Source of the DNA: Alphaproteobacteria bacterium | GTDB lineage: Bacteria; Pseudomonadota; Alphaproteobacteria; UBA7887 | NCBI GenBank assembly: GCA_965216755.1 | Contig: CBDCGL010000011.1 | Location: forward strand, 3,840,001 to 3,904,000 | Reading direction: 5' to 3' | DNA: 64,000 bases | Shown here: piece by piece, positions 50,359 through 61,120 of the stretch | Layout of the letters: the number at the start of each line of letters is the position of its first letter | How positions within the stretch are numbered: position 1 is the stretch's first letter | The notes under the pieces: generated by a model | Databases searched by the model: none | What the model saw: the letters and a program-made list of their open reading frames with translations, nothing else | What the model was told of the DNA's origin: nothing | Translations under genes and position numbers: made by a program

Positions 50359-50488
50359 TCATAAATCAATATGGAACTAACGCAAGGGCTCGCAAGGACG
50401 GGCACAGCGGGGCTGCGTCGCGCGTGCGCGGCCAACCGGCCGACCGCCGGCGGATAACCCGCCGACCACACCCGGGCAGATCGGAGAG

Positions 50489-51272
50489 ATGGCTGAGACC
50501 GAACATGATTACGCCTATGACGATCGCTTTGCGGCGATGGCCGAACTGGTTTGGGGGCCGGGACTTCTGTCGGGCGCGGCGGCGACTTACCGGCGCTTGT
50601 TTGACGGCGTGGCAACGCGCGGTTGTCGAATCCTGGATATCGGTTGTGGGCTCGGCGGCGCCGATATCATGTTGATTCGCGAGTGTGGCTGCGCGGCATG
50701 TCACTGGGCTTGAGGTCAACTCGGCATTGATTGCGCGCGCGACAGCCCTGGCGGATGCCGCGGGCGTGGCGGACAGAATAACTTATCGGCTAGTGTCGCC
50801 CGGACCGTTACCGCTACCGGATCAGAGCTTTGATGTCGCGTTTAGCAAGGGTGTTCTGATCCACATAGCCGACGAAACGGCGTTCTTCACTGAGGCGCTT
50901 CGAGCCTTGTGCCCCGGGGGTCGATATTTGGCTTCGGATTGGACGGATGGCGATACCGGTGGCGATAGCCCGGAAATGTTGGCTTTGCGGGCGGCTTTTG
51001 GTGGTCCGGTCGCGCTGCGCACGGCCGCCGATCGGCATCGGGACTTGGTCGCGGCCGGATTTACCGATGTCACGTTTTGGGTCGATCCCCACGCGGCGGG
51101 TGTCGCGCGACGCGAGCACGCGCAAATGACCGGGCCGTTGCGGTCGGCATTGGTTGGTCTGCTGGGGCCGGAACGCTATCGCCACGAGTGTCATCTTTGG
51201 CAACTGACCGTCACGGCGTTCGAAAGCGGCGCGCTTCTCAACGGCAGATTTCAAGCTCGCAAACCGGATTGA
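50489..51272 (+). pseudogene. Class I SAM methyltransferase split by a frameshift near 50690
   Basis: Motif I LDIGCGLGG lies in 50489..50713; the continuation ARHVTGLEV..LPLPDQSFDVAFSKGVLIHI..LCPGG is in another frame. Confidence 0.75.
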
Positions 51273-51284
51273 GCGGTTGGCGCT

Positions 51285-51947
51285 TTACGGTTCGCCCTCG
51301 CGCAAAGCGCGGACCGGCCGAAAGCTCTGCCGATGATGGGGGGTGGCGCCCTGGGCCCTAAGCGCGGCGATATGCTCGCGCGTGCCATAGCCGGCATTGT
51401 GTTCCCAGCCGTAGCCCGGAAACGCCTGGGAAAGTTCCGTCATGATACGGTCGCGCGTTACTTTGGCGATGATCGAAGCCGCAGCGATTGACAGCGAGCG
51501 GCCGTCGCCGCCTACGATGGTTGTCACCGGCACCAGCAATGTCGGCGCCCGATTGCCATCAACCAAGACGTGATCTGGCCGCCGACGAAGGCGCGCAACA
51601 GCTCGTTCCATGGCCAACAGTGTCGCACGCAAAATGTTCGCCTGGTCGATTTCGGTCACTGTCGCGAGCCCGATTCCGACGTCGGCGGTGGCCCGGATTC
51701 GGCTGTATAGAACGCGCCGTTGCGCCGCTGACAGCTGTTTGGAATCATTCAATCCGGCCGGCCAGTCGTGCTCGGCCAGCACCACCGCGGCGGCAATAAC
51801 CGGCCCCGCCAATGGTCCGCGTCCGGCTTCGTCGACACCGCACACCCGGCCGCCGATCGCGGATTCCAAGCTATAGGTTGGCGCGTCTCGATCGCTGGTC
51901 ACAATGTGGTGCAGTATAGCCCTATCTCTGACCCCTGTCAGAGACAT
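51285..51947 (-). CDS. rnhB: Ribonuclease HII (start may be GTG 51902)
   Basis: GVDEAGRGPLAGPV, DSKQL, SIAAASIIAKVTRD, HRQSF. Confidence 0.96.
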   Translation of the reverse strand: MSLTGVRDRAILHHIVTSDRDAPTYSLESAIGGRVCGVDEAGRGPLAGPVIAAAVVLAEHDWPAGLNDSKQLSAAQRRVLYSRIRATADVGIGLATVTEIDQANILRATLLAMERAVARLRRRPDHVLVDGNRAPTLLVPVTTIVGGDGRSLSIAAASIIAKVTRDRIMTELSQAFPGYGWEHNAGYGTREHIAALRAQGATPHHRQSFRPVRALREGEP

Positions 51948-51976
51948 AATTATTGTGCCAAGTTTTTATTCGATGT

Positions 51977-53047
51977 TCAAAACAGCGATAGCTGTGGACC
52001 CGGCACCTTAAACAATCCGGTTTCCAGGGCGAAATCGCGGCGGTCCATGCCATGGCGCCGTGCCGCGGCCGCGAAACGCTTGCGGATCATCTCAGCATAG
52101 GGGCCCTGACCGGTTTGCCGAAGCCCGAAGCGGGAATCGTAAAGTTGGCCTTGGTGGCTGTCCCGCATCAATGCCAAAACCCGCCGGGCGCGGTCTGGCG
52201 TGTGGGCCGCGAGCCATTCAGTGAACAAAGTCTTCAATTCGAGTGGCAAACGCAACAAAACATAGTTGGCTTCCGATGCGCCGGCCTCGGCCGCCGCCGC
52301 GACCACAGTTTCTATCTCGGGGTCGTTCAGGCCCGGAATAATCGGCGCCATCATGACCCCGGTTGGAATACCAGACTTGTGCAGCGCCGCCAGCGTTTTC
52401 AGCCGTTTGGCCGGGGTCGCCGCGCGTGGCTCCAAACGGCGCGCCAAGCCGCGATCCACTGTGGTCACCGAAAGCATGACTTTGACCAGATTTTGCGCGG
52501 CCATGGGCGCCAATATGTCAATGTCGCGGGTCACCAATGCCGATTTGGTGATAATCGCGACGGGGTGATTGTGCGCCGCCAGCACTTCCAAAATGCGGCG
52601 CGTCACTTGTTCCTCGCGCTCGATCGGTTGATAGGCGTCCGTATTGACCCCCAACGCGATGACAGCGCAGCGATATTTGTGGTGCGCCAGCTCTCGGCGC
52701 AATATTGCCGCGGCGTCGCGTTTGGCGAACAGGCGGGTTTCGAAGTCCAAACCGGGCGACAGTCCCAGATAGGCATGGGTCGGCCGCGCGAAACAATAGG
52801 CGCAGCCATGCTCGCAGCCCCGATAGGGATTGATCGATTGGTCGAAACCCACGTCAGGGGAATCATTGCGGGTAATGACGCGGCGGCTGTGATCCGTTTG
52901 CACGGTGGTGCGGGGCCGTGGCGCCAATTCCTCAGGCGGCCGCCAGCCATCGTCAAACGCCTGCCTTTGTTCGCGTTCAAACCGGCCGGATCGGTTGCTC
53001 GTTGCGCCGCGACCTTTGGTCGGCTGTACGGATGGAATTCTTTCCAT
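51977..53047 (-). CDS. PA0069-family radical SAM protein
   Basis: KGRGATSN..RFE, NPYRGCEHGCAYCFARP, TDAYQPIE. Confidence 0.93.
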   Translation of the reverse strand: MERIPSVQPTKGRGATSNRSGRFEREQRQAFDDGWRPPEELAPRPRTTVQTDHSRRVITRNDSPDVGFDQSINPYRGCEHGCAYCFARPTHAYLGLSPGLDFETRLFAKRDAAAILRRELAHHKYRCAVIALGVNTDAYQPIEREEQVTRRILEVLAAHNHPVAIITKSALVTRDIDILAPMAAQNLVKVMLSVTTVDRGLARRLEPRAATPAKRLKTLAALHKSGIPTGVMMAPIIPGLNDPEIETVVAAAAEAGASEANYVLLRLPLELKTLFTEWLAAHTPDRARRVLALMRDSHQGQLYDSRFGLRQTGQGPYAEMIRKRFAAAARRHGMDRRDFALETGLFKVPGPQLSLF

Positions 53048-53060
53048 AAAATTATGCTAC

Positions 53061-53777
53061 ATGATGGAACGAACAAATCAAGAACATTCGGCAAAATCGA
53101 CCGCGCCATCCATCGGTGCGGTTATCCCGACATGGCAGGCGGCGACCGCAATTGTCGCGACCCTTGAAGCGCTGCGTGGCGGCGTGACAGATATGGTCGT
53201 CGTTGACGGCGGGTCAGACGACGGGACGCCAGAGATAGCCGCGCGGCAAGGTGTTCGCGTGGTCGCCGCGGCGCGCGGCCGTGGTCGCCAGCTTGGCGCC
53301 GGGGCGGCCGCCGTAGCCGGCGATTGGTTGTTGTTCATCCACGCCGACACGGTGCTGGAGCCGGATTGGGTGCACAGCGCGCATCAGTTTTGTCGGCAAC
53401 AGGAAAATCAAACCCGCGCCGCCGCGTTTCGCTTTGCCACCGACCTGTCAGGTGCCGGCGCGCGCTGGCTCGAGCGTTATGTCGCGTGGCGGTGTGGCTT
53501 TTTTGGGCTCGCTTACGGTGATCAAGGCTTGCTGATTCACAGAGAGTTTTACAATCAGCTTGGTGGCTACGCGCCGATGCCGATCATGGAGGACGTCGAT
53601 TTGGTTCGAAGAATCGGCAAGCGCCGTCTGCAAATGCTGTCGGCGGCCGCCGTGACCTCAGGCCGGCGTTACCAGAAAGCCGGTGTCTGCGCCCGTGGCG
53701 CGCGAAATTTGGCCTGTCTCATCGGTTATTTCTTGGGTGTGCCAACAACCGCTCTGGCGCGGCTCTACGGGTCATGA
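53061..53777 (+). CDS. GT2-like transferase (TIGR04283-type)
   Basis: VVDGGSDD, GRGRQL, FIHADT, YGDQGL, MEDV, TSGRRY. Confidence 0.85.
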   Translation: MMERTNQEHSAKSTAPSIGAVIPTWQAATAIVATLEALRGGVTDMVVVDGGSDDGTPEIAARQGVRVVAAARGRGRQLGAGAAAVAGDWLLFIHADTVLEPDWVHSAHQFCRQQENQTRAAAFRFATDLSGAGARWLERYVAWRCGFFGLAYGDQGLLIHREFYNQLGGYAPMPIMEDVDLVRRIGKRRLQMLSAAAVTSGRRYQKAGVCARGARNLACLIGYFLGVPTTALARLYGS

Positions 53778-54376
53778 CGCGTCGCGTGTTGGTCATCTTC
53801 TTGAAAGCGCCACGCATGGGCGCGGTGAAAACGCGGCTTGCGCGGGACATCGGTCGCACCGCGGCGTGGCGTTGGTACCGAAACAACAGTGCCCGGACAG
53901 TGCATCGGCTTGCCAGGGACCCGCGATGGCGGAGCATCTTGGCCGTGACACCGGACCGGTTCGCGCGACGCGGCCGTTTCTGGCCCGGTGGGCTGGCGCG
54001 TGTTGGGCAGGGGGCCGGCGATTTGGGCGCGCGAATGGCGCGCCCGTTTTGGCGCATATTCGCTGGTTGTCGGGGCACGCGCGTGGTTCTGATCGGCGGC
54101 GACATTCCGGGCATAACGCGAAGCCACATCATGGTGGCGTTCCGGGCGCTTGACGATGCCGACGCGGTTTTTGGCCCGGCGCGCGACGGCGGATTTTGGC
54201 TGGTCGGTTTGCGGCCGCGTGCGTTGACGGTGCGGCCGTTTCAAAATGTCCGTTGGTCTCACGCCCGCGTGTTGACCAACGTCATCGACAATCTCGGCGC
54301 AGATTGCCGGATTCGGTATGTTGCCACGCTGCACGATGTTGACGACGGCACCGATTGGCACTGCAGTCTAGGTTAG
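53774..54376 (+). CDS. DUF2064 / TIGR04282-type nucleotidyltransferase-like protein
   Basis: KAPRMGAVKTRLA, QGAGDLGARM, GPARDGGFWLVG, DVDD. Confidence 0.87.
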   Translation: MTRRVLVIFLKAPRMGAVKTRLARDIGRTAAWRWYRNNSARTVHRLARDPRWRSILAVTPDRFARRGRFWPGGLARVGQGAGDLGARMARPFWRIFAGCRGTRVVLIGGDIPGITRSHIMVAFRALDDADAVFGPARDGGFWLVGLRPRALTVRPFQNVRWSHARVLTNVIDNLGADCRIRYVATLHDVDDGTDWHCSLG

Positions 54377-54904
54377 CTGTTCCTGCAAGCGCGGCATCAG
54401 CTCGACGAAATTGCATGGCCGGTAGCGGCTGTCTAGCTGATGCACCAGAATCTCGTCCCAGCCATCGCGACACGCGCCCGGGGAGCCGGGCAGGGCAAAC
54501 AGATATGTGCCGCCGGCAACACCGGCGGTGGCACGCGATTGGATGGTTGACGTGCCAATCTTCTGAAATGAGAGCATGCGAAATAACTCACCGAAACCTT
54601 CAATGGATTTCTCGTACATGCTCTCAAACGCTTCGGGTGTCACATCGCGCCCCGTCACGCCCGTGCCACCGGTGGCAATCACCACGTCGACCGCCTGATT
54701 CTCGATCCAATTTTTGAGCTGCGCACAGATTGCCGCCTGTTCGTCACGGACAATGGCACGGTCAGCCAGCTTGTGACCGGCGGCAACGACCCTTTTGGCA
54801 AGCAGATCGCCAGATTTGTCATCGCCCGACGTGCGCGTATCCGAAACAGTCAGGACCGCGATATGAATCGGCAGAAACCGCCGTGATTCGTCAATTCCCG
54901 CCAT
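54368..54904 (-). CDS. moaB: Molybdenum cofactor biosynthesis protein B
   Basis: [38 protein letters not shown]. Confidence 0.95.
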   Translation of the reverse strand: MAGIDESRRFLPIHIAVLTVSDTRTSGDDKSGDLLAKRVVAAGHKLADRAIVRDEQAAICAQLKNWIENQAVDVVIATGGTGVTGRDVTPEAFESMYEKSIEGFGELFRMLSFQKIGTSTIQSRATAGVAGGTYLFALPGSPGACRDGWDEILVHQLDSRYRPCNFVELMPRLQEQLT

Positions 54905-56786
54905 TTTGCGCCATCGTCGTCCGGTTATCGAGGCTGCTGTAGCGTGGCCAGCCGCCGCCCGCCAAAGCATCCAGTGATACCGTCGACTGCCCGAAACGAT
55001 CACGATAGGCCCACAAATTGGTCAAGACCCGACGCACATATCGCCGCGTTTCGGCCAGTGGGATGCTTTCCAAGAACATCAGCGGATCGCCCCCATCAGC
55101 AATCGTTGCGCGCCATTTGCCGAGGGTTCCGGGTCCGCCATTATAGGCGGCCAGCAGATAGATCAGATTGTCGCCAATTTCCGGATGATCGAGAAGATAG
55201 CGGACGTATTTTTGGCCGAGACTCAGATTGAGCTCCGGCGCAAAAAGCTTGTCGGCCTGTGCACCGCGATAGTCACCGCCATCGTCGATATAGCTTGCGG
55301 TACGCGGCATAATCTGCATCAGACCACGCGCGCCGCGACGACTTTTGGCGTCCGGATCAAAGCCCGATTCCTGCCGGATCACCGCCAAAACCAATGCCTT
55401 GTCGACGTCGAAACCTTTCTCCGGTGTCCACTGCGGTACCGGATACAAGGCTTGGTCGCGACCGACGGGTGTGTGTGCTGGCAGCATGCTGCCGATACGA
55501 ATTTCGACCGCCGGCAGTTGTAGAAGCTCGGCAAGCTTCAGCAAGGCGGGGCCGTGTTCGCGGCCAAGCTGCGGATAAAGGCGCCGCAATTCTTGTGCTG
55601 CCAAACCGTGCCTGCCGATTTCGCTGAGCGCGACCGCGCGTCGGGTCGCATCCAGATCGCGCACCGCAGCCAAAGGATCACTGGCGTGCAGGGTCGGCGC
55701 CCAATCGAACGCGGTCGTCTTGCCCAGTGCCCGCCGCGCGATCATGCCGTAGAAAGTGCGGGTATGGCCGGCGGCGACTTCCAGCATGTCGCTGGCCAAG
55801 GCCGGCTGGCCACGGACCGCGGCGGCGCGCGCAGCCCAATAGGCGGCGCCACTTACCAGCCAGGCATTGTCGGCGCCGGATCGTGCGGCGGCCTGGAAAT
55901 GGCGCGCGGCACCGTCGATGTCGCCCAAACGCCATGTCGCCAGGCCGGCGGTCCAATGACCATATGCAGCCACGGGTCCGTCGCGGGAAATCGCACCCTC
56001 GGCCAGATGTCGGGCCCTGTTTGGCTGACCGGCGGCCAAGAAACCGTGGCTGACTTCGGCCTGCAAGACAGACCGCGCCAGAGGTGTGGCGTGCCGGCGA
56101 AATTCGGGACGTCTCAGAATCTCGACCGCCGCGTCGAGTGTACCGCGGCGCACGCAGGCGCGGATTTCACGGGCCAGTGTGCGAATGATTTCGCGGCGTC
56201 GTGGCTCCAAGTCGCGCGGCGCCAATGCCGCAAGCGACGGCCCATGATTGTCGCCGATGCCGCCAAGATAGCCCGAATTGGGCTTTTGCGGTGCTGGCGA
56301 TTCGCTCGGCTTGCGTTTCAGCGCCAACCTGTAGACGCGGCGCGCGCCGGGCAAATCGCTGTATTTGTCGAGCCAGCCGGCAAGTTCCGCAAACGACGAA
56401 CGGTAGGCGGTTGGGTGCATATAGCGTTGAAAGGCAACATGCCCCATCAGCACCGGGTCGGATATTTGGTCGATCAACTGATCCGCGGCCCGCCATCGAC
56501 CATCATGCTGCAGCGCGAACAAGGCCTCGTACAAACGCCGGTCTTGAAGATTGAGAACGCCGCGTAATTTCTCGTTACCGGTGGTCGACGCGTCCGGCAC
56601 TTGCCAGTCGACCATCAAATCTTGGGCGCCAACGCGCGCAGCCGCGGCGCCAACAGCGTCCGACGCGGTGAGCCAAGACGGAGCAATCGTGTTTTCCGCA
56701 AGCGCCGACCCGTGGGCCAGAATCACCAAAGGCAGCACGGCTGCCATCTGTGACAAATTCAGTAATTTTCGGCGACTTTTCGACAT
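54891..56786 (-). CDS. Soluble lytic transglycosylase (SLT domain)
   Basis: IRQESGF, GARGLMQIMP, AAYNGG, ESIPLAETRRYV. Confidence 0.92.
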   Translation of the reverse strand: MSKSRRKLLNLSQMAAVLPLVILAHGSALAENTIAPSWLTASDAVGAAAARVGAQDLMVDWQVPDASTTGNEKLRGVLNLQDRRLYEALFALQHDGRWRAADQLIDQISDPVLMGHVAFQRYMHPTAYRSSFAELAGWLDKYSDLPGARRVYRLALKRKPSESPAPQKPNSGYLGGIGDNHGPSLAALAPRDLEPRRREIIRTLAREIRACVRRGTLDAAVEILRRPEFRRHATPLARSVLQAEVSHGFLAAGQPNRARHLAEGAISRDGPVAAYGHWTAGLATWRLGDIDGAARHFQAAARSGADNAWLVSGAAYWAARAAAVRGQPALASDMLEVAAGHTRTFYGMIARRALGKTTAFDWAPTLHASDPLAAVRDLDATRRAVALSEIGRHGLAAQELRRLYPQLGREHGPALLKLAELLQLPAVEIRIGSMLPAHTPVGRDQALYPVPQWTPEKGFDVDKALVLAVIRQESGFDPDAKSRRGARGLMQIMPRTASYIDDGGDYRGAQADKLFAPELNLSLGQKYVRYLLDHPEIGDNLIYLLAAYNGGPGTLGKWRATIADGGDPLMFLESIPLAETRRYVRRVLTNLWAYRDRFGQSTVSLDALAGGGWPRYSSLDNRTTMAQNGGN

Positions 56787-56990
56787 ATACGGCAGACTTG
56801 CACGTCACTCTTGGCGATATGCTGGCGATATGTGGGCCAACGCGCCGGGCAGGATACATTTTGACCGGGCAATCATACAAATGGCGCGGAAAAAGGAAAT
56901 CCCGTGAATATCTCAGAAACATATGGTGGGCCAGGCCCGGCGCCCTCTGATCTGCCCACAAAAAGTATAAATACTAAAGTTTTCATATTG

Positions 56991-57848
56991 TTAAGGCACG
57001 TCAAGTCGGCTCTTGATCGCCAGCAAATCACGCCACGCGTCTCTTTTTTGTCCCGGCTGTCGCAGCAAATAGGCCGGGTGGTAGATGGCGATCGCGGGAA
57101 TTGGCGCGGCGCCATCTGGGCCGTCTTCGTCGGCCGTGAAATTGTGCCAACGGCCACGCAAGCGCGTTATGCCTTCTTTTCTTTTGAGCAAGGTTTTCGC
57201 GGCGATCCCGCCGACGAAGACGAGCACGCGCGGCTTGATCAATGCAACATGGCGGCGCACAAAGGGCAGGCACAGGGTGATCTCCTCCGGCGTCGGATTG
57301 CGATTTCCCGGTGGTCGCCAAAACAACATGTTGGTGATGTAGGCTGTTGTGCGGTCACGCTCGATCGTGCCCAGCATCAGGTCAAGCAGGCGTCCGGCGG
57401 CGCCGACGAAGGGCAGGCCGCGACGATCTTCTTCGGCCCCCGGCGCTTCGCCGACGAGCATCAAGTCCGAATTCGGATTGCCATCAGCGATCACCGTGTT
57501 GGCGGCTGTGCTTTTCAGCGCACAGCCATCGTAATCGCGAATCGCCTGCAACAATGCATCAAGCGAATGACAAGCCGCGGCGAGACCGTGGGCATCGGCG
57601 ACAAGGGGTTGTGGGCGGGGTGTTGGCCTGTCGCGGGGCGTGCCGGATCGATGTACGGGCGCTGGCGACGCACGGTCTTGTGGTGGCGCTGGGCCCGGTT
57701 TTGGTGCTTGCGGCGCGCCGTCGGCAAGCGCTTGCGGCGCGGTCGCGAACCGGTTGCGGGGATGTCGTCCAGTGGCTTCGTCGGCGCCGGCGTCAAGCTG
57801 CCATTTCAAGGTGGCGCGCAGCGCCGACCGACTGGCTTGGTCGGTCAC
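56991..57848 (-). CDS. Uracil-DNA glycosylase family 4
   Basis: GEAPGAEED..PFVG, RPPGNRNP, YHPAYLLR. Confidence 0.94.
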   Translation of the reverse strand: MTDQASRSALRATLKWQLDAGADEATGRHPRNRFATAPQALADGAPQAPKPGPAPPQDRASPAPVHRSGTPRDRPTPRPQPLVADAHGLAAACHSLDALLQAIRDYDGCALKSTAANTVIADGNPNSDLMLVGEAPGAEEDRRGLPFVGAAGRLLDLMLGTIERDRTTAYITNMLFWRPPGNRNPTPEEITLCLPFVRRHVALIKPRVLVFVGGIAAKTLLKRKEGITRLRGRWHNFTADEDGPDGAAPIPAIAIYHPAYLLRQPGQKRDAWRDLLAIKSRLDVP

Positions 57849-57892
57849 GACAGGGCACGTGGGTGCGCGCGACTCATGTCGCCGGGTTGTAT

Positions 57893-58084
57893 CTAGATTT
57901 GTCGGTATGGGATTGGGCGCCCGCCGGCGTCCTTGACCAAAGCGCCGGACTCATCTTGGGCGGCGATGTAACGGCCATGGCCAACATGCGATCCGACATA
58001 CAACACCGGTTTCACTTTTTTGCCATTATGGGTCTTTTCCTGTGATTGCCGCGACCGTCGCGCTGGATTGTTCTTGCTTGCCAT
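57893..58084 (-). CDS. 63-aa basic hypothetical protein
   Basis: RBS AGGAG; MASKNNPARR..GKKVKPVLYVG..GRYIAAQ..GRPIPYRQI. Confidence 0.7.
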   Translation of the reverse strand: MASKNNPARRSRQSQEKTHNGKKVKPVLYVGSHVGHGRYIAAQDESGALVKDAGGRPIPYRQI

Positions 58085-58317
58085 GGTCAAATGCTCCTGC
58101 TTCTAGGCGATATTGCTACCCCTCGGCGGCGGGGTGTGGACGGGTCGTGGGCGCCGGGCCACGTGCGCGACACCAAGTGCAGATTGGGTCCTCAATCGGC
58201 GGCGATGCGTCCTATATATGAGGACAAGGGAGTTTGCGCACCGACGATTGCAACTTCTTGTACCGTGACGTTTTGTGACATCGGATCGCATACGTCAACA
58301 GGGATACCGCAGTCGTC

Positions 58318-60195
58318 GTGGCGATCAGTGTAGTGCAGCGTGAGGCAATGGTGTTGGTTCGAGACGATAGTCCTGTCGCATCACAACGATCAGACGATGC
58401 CCGTCGCAAACAGGGACGACGACGGCGGCAAACGACCTTTTGTCTGGGCATTGCCATCATTGTCGGTGCTTGCAGTGGTGCGCCGACCCGGCCAGAGGTT
58501 CAGTCAATCGCCAGCGCCTCCGACATCGCGGTAGGTGCTGGTGCGGAACTTCTCGCGACCAGCGACGAATCACCATCGGCATTGGGCAGCTACCTGGCCG
58601 CGCGCCATGCCCAAAAGAACAATGATGCCGATGCGGCCGCCGAGTTTTTTGCCCGCGCGCTAATTGAGGATCCGGGAAATCTGGAGCTCCTGCGCAACGC
58701 TATGGTGTCTGCTTTGGCATCTGGCCAGATCGATAAAGGGCTCAAATACGCGTCCCGCTACTATGACATTGAAAAGAACGCGCCCATCGCGACCTTGGCG
58801 TTGGCGTCGCGCGATGTCGCACAGTCCGAATTTATCGGTGCCATGAGTTGGTTGGAGGCGACCGAAAAGAACGGCTACAACCGCTATTTCGTGCCGCTGT
58901 TGGAAGCATGGGTGCTGACCGGACAAAAACGGCCGGAGCTTGTTGCCGAACGGCTTGAATCTCTTGAGGAGTTTTCCGCGGCCGCCACCCAGCATGCCTA
59001 CCATGTCGGCTTGATTTCGGATTTGCTGGATGATCCGGTGCAGGCCGAGACCGGTTATGCGAGCGCGGTCGGCGCGCGCCAAGGCGGGGCATTGCGTTCG
59101 GTTTTGGCCGCCGGGCGTTTTTACGAGCGTGCCGATCGTGCGGACGAGGCGCGCGCTTTGTACGACGTGTTCCAGGACGAGAATCCGGAAACACTGTTTC
59201 TTGAAACGGCGCTGCGGCGGCTTGCGACGGGCGCCACACCCGATCGTTTGGTGTCGGACGCGCGAGCCGGATTTGCCGAGGCGCTGCATGGTGCCGCGAC
59301 GGCGTTCTTCCAGGACAACGCATTCCAATTGTCACAGGTCTATGCGGCACTGGCGCTTCATATTCGGCCGGATCTGGACGTCGCGCATATGCTGTTGGGT
59401 GACATTTACACGACCCTTGGGAATAACGCGATGGCCGCCGAATCGTTTGGTGCGATCGGCGACGATTCGCCGCTCAGCTGGGCGGCCAGGCTGAGATGGG
59501 CAAGCAGCCTCGATGCCGCTGAGCAGACCGAAGAGGCGGTGGGTGTCTTGGAAGCAATGGCGTTGGAGCGACCTGAACGTGCCGATGCCCTGATCTCGCT
59601 TGGCGAACTCTATCGTATGAAGGAGCGCTATGCGGAAGCGGTCGATGTGTACGATCAGGCGTTTACGCGGGTGCCAACAATCGAACCGCGGCATTGGACT
59701 TGGCTTTATGCCCGCGGCATGTCGCTGGAGCGGACCAAACAATGGCCGCGCGCGGAAAAGGACCTTTTGCACGCCCTTGAACTGGAACCGGACCAGCCAT
59801 TGGTCTTGAACTATTTGGGTTATTCGTGGGTGGAGCTGGGGCTCAATCTCGACGAGGCGCGCGACATGATCGAACGCGCGGTCGAACAGCGGCCCAACGA
59901 CGGATATATCGTCGATAGTCTGGGCTGGGTTCTCTACCGTATGGGCGAATACGCCGATGCCTTGCCGCATTTGGAGCGCGCGGTCGAAATTCGGCCAAGC
60001 GATCCGGTCATTATCGATCATTTTGGTGATGCATTGTGGCAGGTCGGTCGTCACGAGGAGGCGCGCTTCCAGTGGCGCCGGGCATTGTCCTTCGAACCCG
60101 AACCCGATTTGGTCGAACTTATCGAGTTAAAACTCGATGGTGGCCTCACCGAGGCCCTGATGAAAAGCGACATGACCGAGTCGGACGACCTCTAA
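58318..60195 (+). CDS. TPR-repeat (lipo)protein
   Basis: GSYLAAR, LNYLGYSW, DSLGWVLY, DHFGDALW; possible lipobox VGAC; upstream of ispE; start uncertain. Confidence 0.9.
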   Translation: MAISVVQREAMVLVRDDSPVASQRSDDARRKQGRRRRQTTFCLGIAIIVGACSGAPTRPEVQSIASASDIAVGAGAELLATSDESPSALGSYLAARHAQKNNDADAAAEFFARALIEDPGNLELLRNAMVSALASGQIDKGLKYASRYYDIEKNAPIATLALASRDVAQSEFIGAMSWLEATEKNGYNRYFVPLLEAWVLTGQKRPELVAERLESLEEFSAAATQHAYHVGLISDLLDDPVQAETGYASAVGARQGGALRSVLAAGRFYERADRADEARALYDVFQDENPETLFLETALRRLATGATPDRLVSDARAGFAEALHGAATAFFQDNAFQLSQVYAALALHIRPDLDVAHMLLGDIYTTLGNNAMAAESFGAIGDDSPLSWAARLRWASSLDAAEQTEEAVGVLEAMALERPERADALISLGELYRMKERYAEAVDVYDQAFTRVPTIEPRHWTWLYARGMSLERTKQWPRAEKDLLHALELEPDQPLVLNYLGYSWVELGLNLDEARDMIERAVEQRPNDGYIVDSLGWVLYRMGEYADALPHLERAVEIRPSDPVIIDHFGDALWQVGRHEEARFQWRRALSFEPEPDLVELIELKLDGGLTEALMKSDMTESDDL

Positions 60196-60229
60196 AGGTT
60201 TTTGGTCTTTCGCCAAATAGATCACCACC

Positions 60230-61120
60230 ATGCCGACGGTTCGCGCCGCCGCGCCGGCAAAAATCAACCTTTGTTTGCATGTCACGGGCCGGCGGCCCGA
60301 CGGCTATCACCTGATCGATAGCATTGTGGCATTCGCTGCCGTTGGTGATGTGGTGACGGTCGCGCCTGCTGATGCGCTGACTTTGTCCGTCGACGGGCCG
60401 TTCGGACCGGTATTGCAGAGAGATCCAGGTGAGAACCTGGTGCTGCGTGCCGCCGCCGCGCTGCGGCGCTTGGTCGGCACGACCGTCGGTGCGCACATCC
60501 GGTTGACGAAAAACCTCCCCGTGGCAGCAGGCTTGGGTGGTGGATCAAGTGACGCGGCCGCCGCCGCGCGGGCATTGAGCCGGTTGTGGCGCATTTCGCT
60601 CACACGCCGATCGTGTGACCAATTGCTGCTGCCCTTGGGGGCCGATTTGCCTGTGTGCATGGCGGCCAGGCCGACCCGCGTCACCGGTATTGGCGACCGT
60701 CTCGTGTCGTTCGATGGTCCATGTGCCGACCTTCATATCGTGCTCGCGAATCCGGGTGTCGCCGTGCCGACAGGGGCCGTGTTCGACCGACTTGACGACC
60801 GGTTCGGCGCGCCCATACCGGTATTGGCGTCAACGACCGCACCGAGCCTGCTACGTGCTCTGGCCGCTTGTCGCAATGACTTGGAACCGCCGGCGCGCCG
60901 CATCGCGCCCCAGATCGATGCTGTGTTGGCGGCACTCAATGGGCTGCCACAATGCGCATTCGCACGCATGTCGGGCAGCGGTGCGACATGTTTTGCGTTG
61001 TTCGAATCGGCTGCGGCCGCGCGCCGCGGTGCCCAACATCTGGCGCGCACGCAACCCGATTGGTGGGTGGTCGCAACGCGCCTTAATGGTCTTGGCGCTG
61101 TCCAGGACGTGTCAGAATAA
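60230..61120 (+). CDS. ispE: 4-diphosphocytidyl-2-C-methyl-D-erythritol kinase
   Basis: APAKINL, KNLPVAAGLGGGSSDAA, MSGSGATCF. Confidence 0.96.
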   Translation: MPTVRAAAPAKINLCLHVTGRRPDGYHLIDSIVAFAAVGDVVTVAPADALTLSVDGPFGPVLQRDPGENLVLRAAAALRRLVGTTVGAHIRLTKNLPVAAGLGGGSSDAAAAARALSRLWRISLTRRSCDQLLLPLGADLPVCMAARPTRVTGIGDRLVSFDGPCADLHIVLANPGVAVPTGAVFDRLDDRFGAPIPVLASTTAPSLLRALAACRNDLEPPARRIAPQIDAVLAALNGLPQCAFARMSGSGATCFALFESAAAARRGAQHLARTQPDWWVVATRLNGLGAVQDVSE

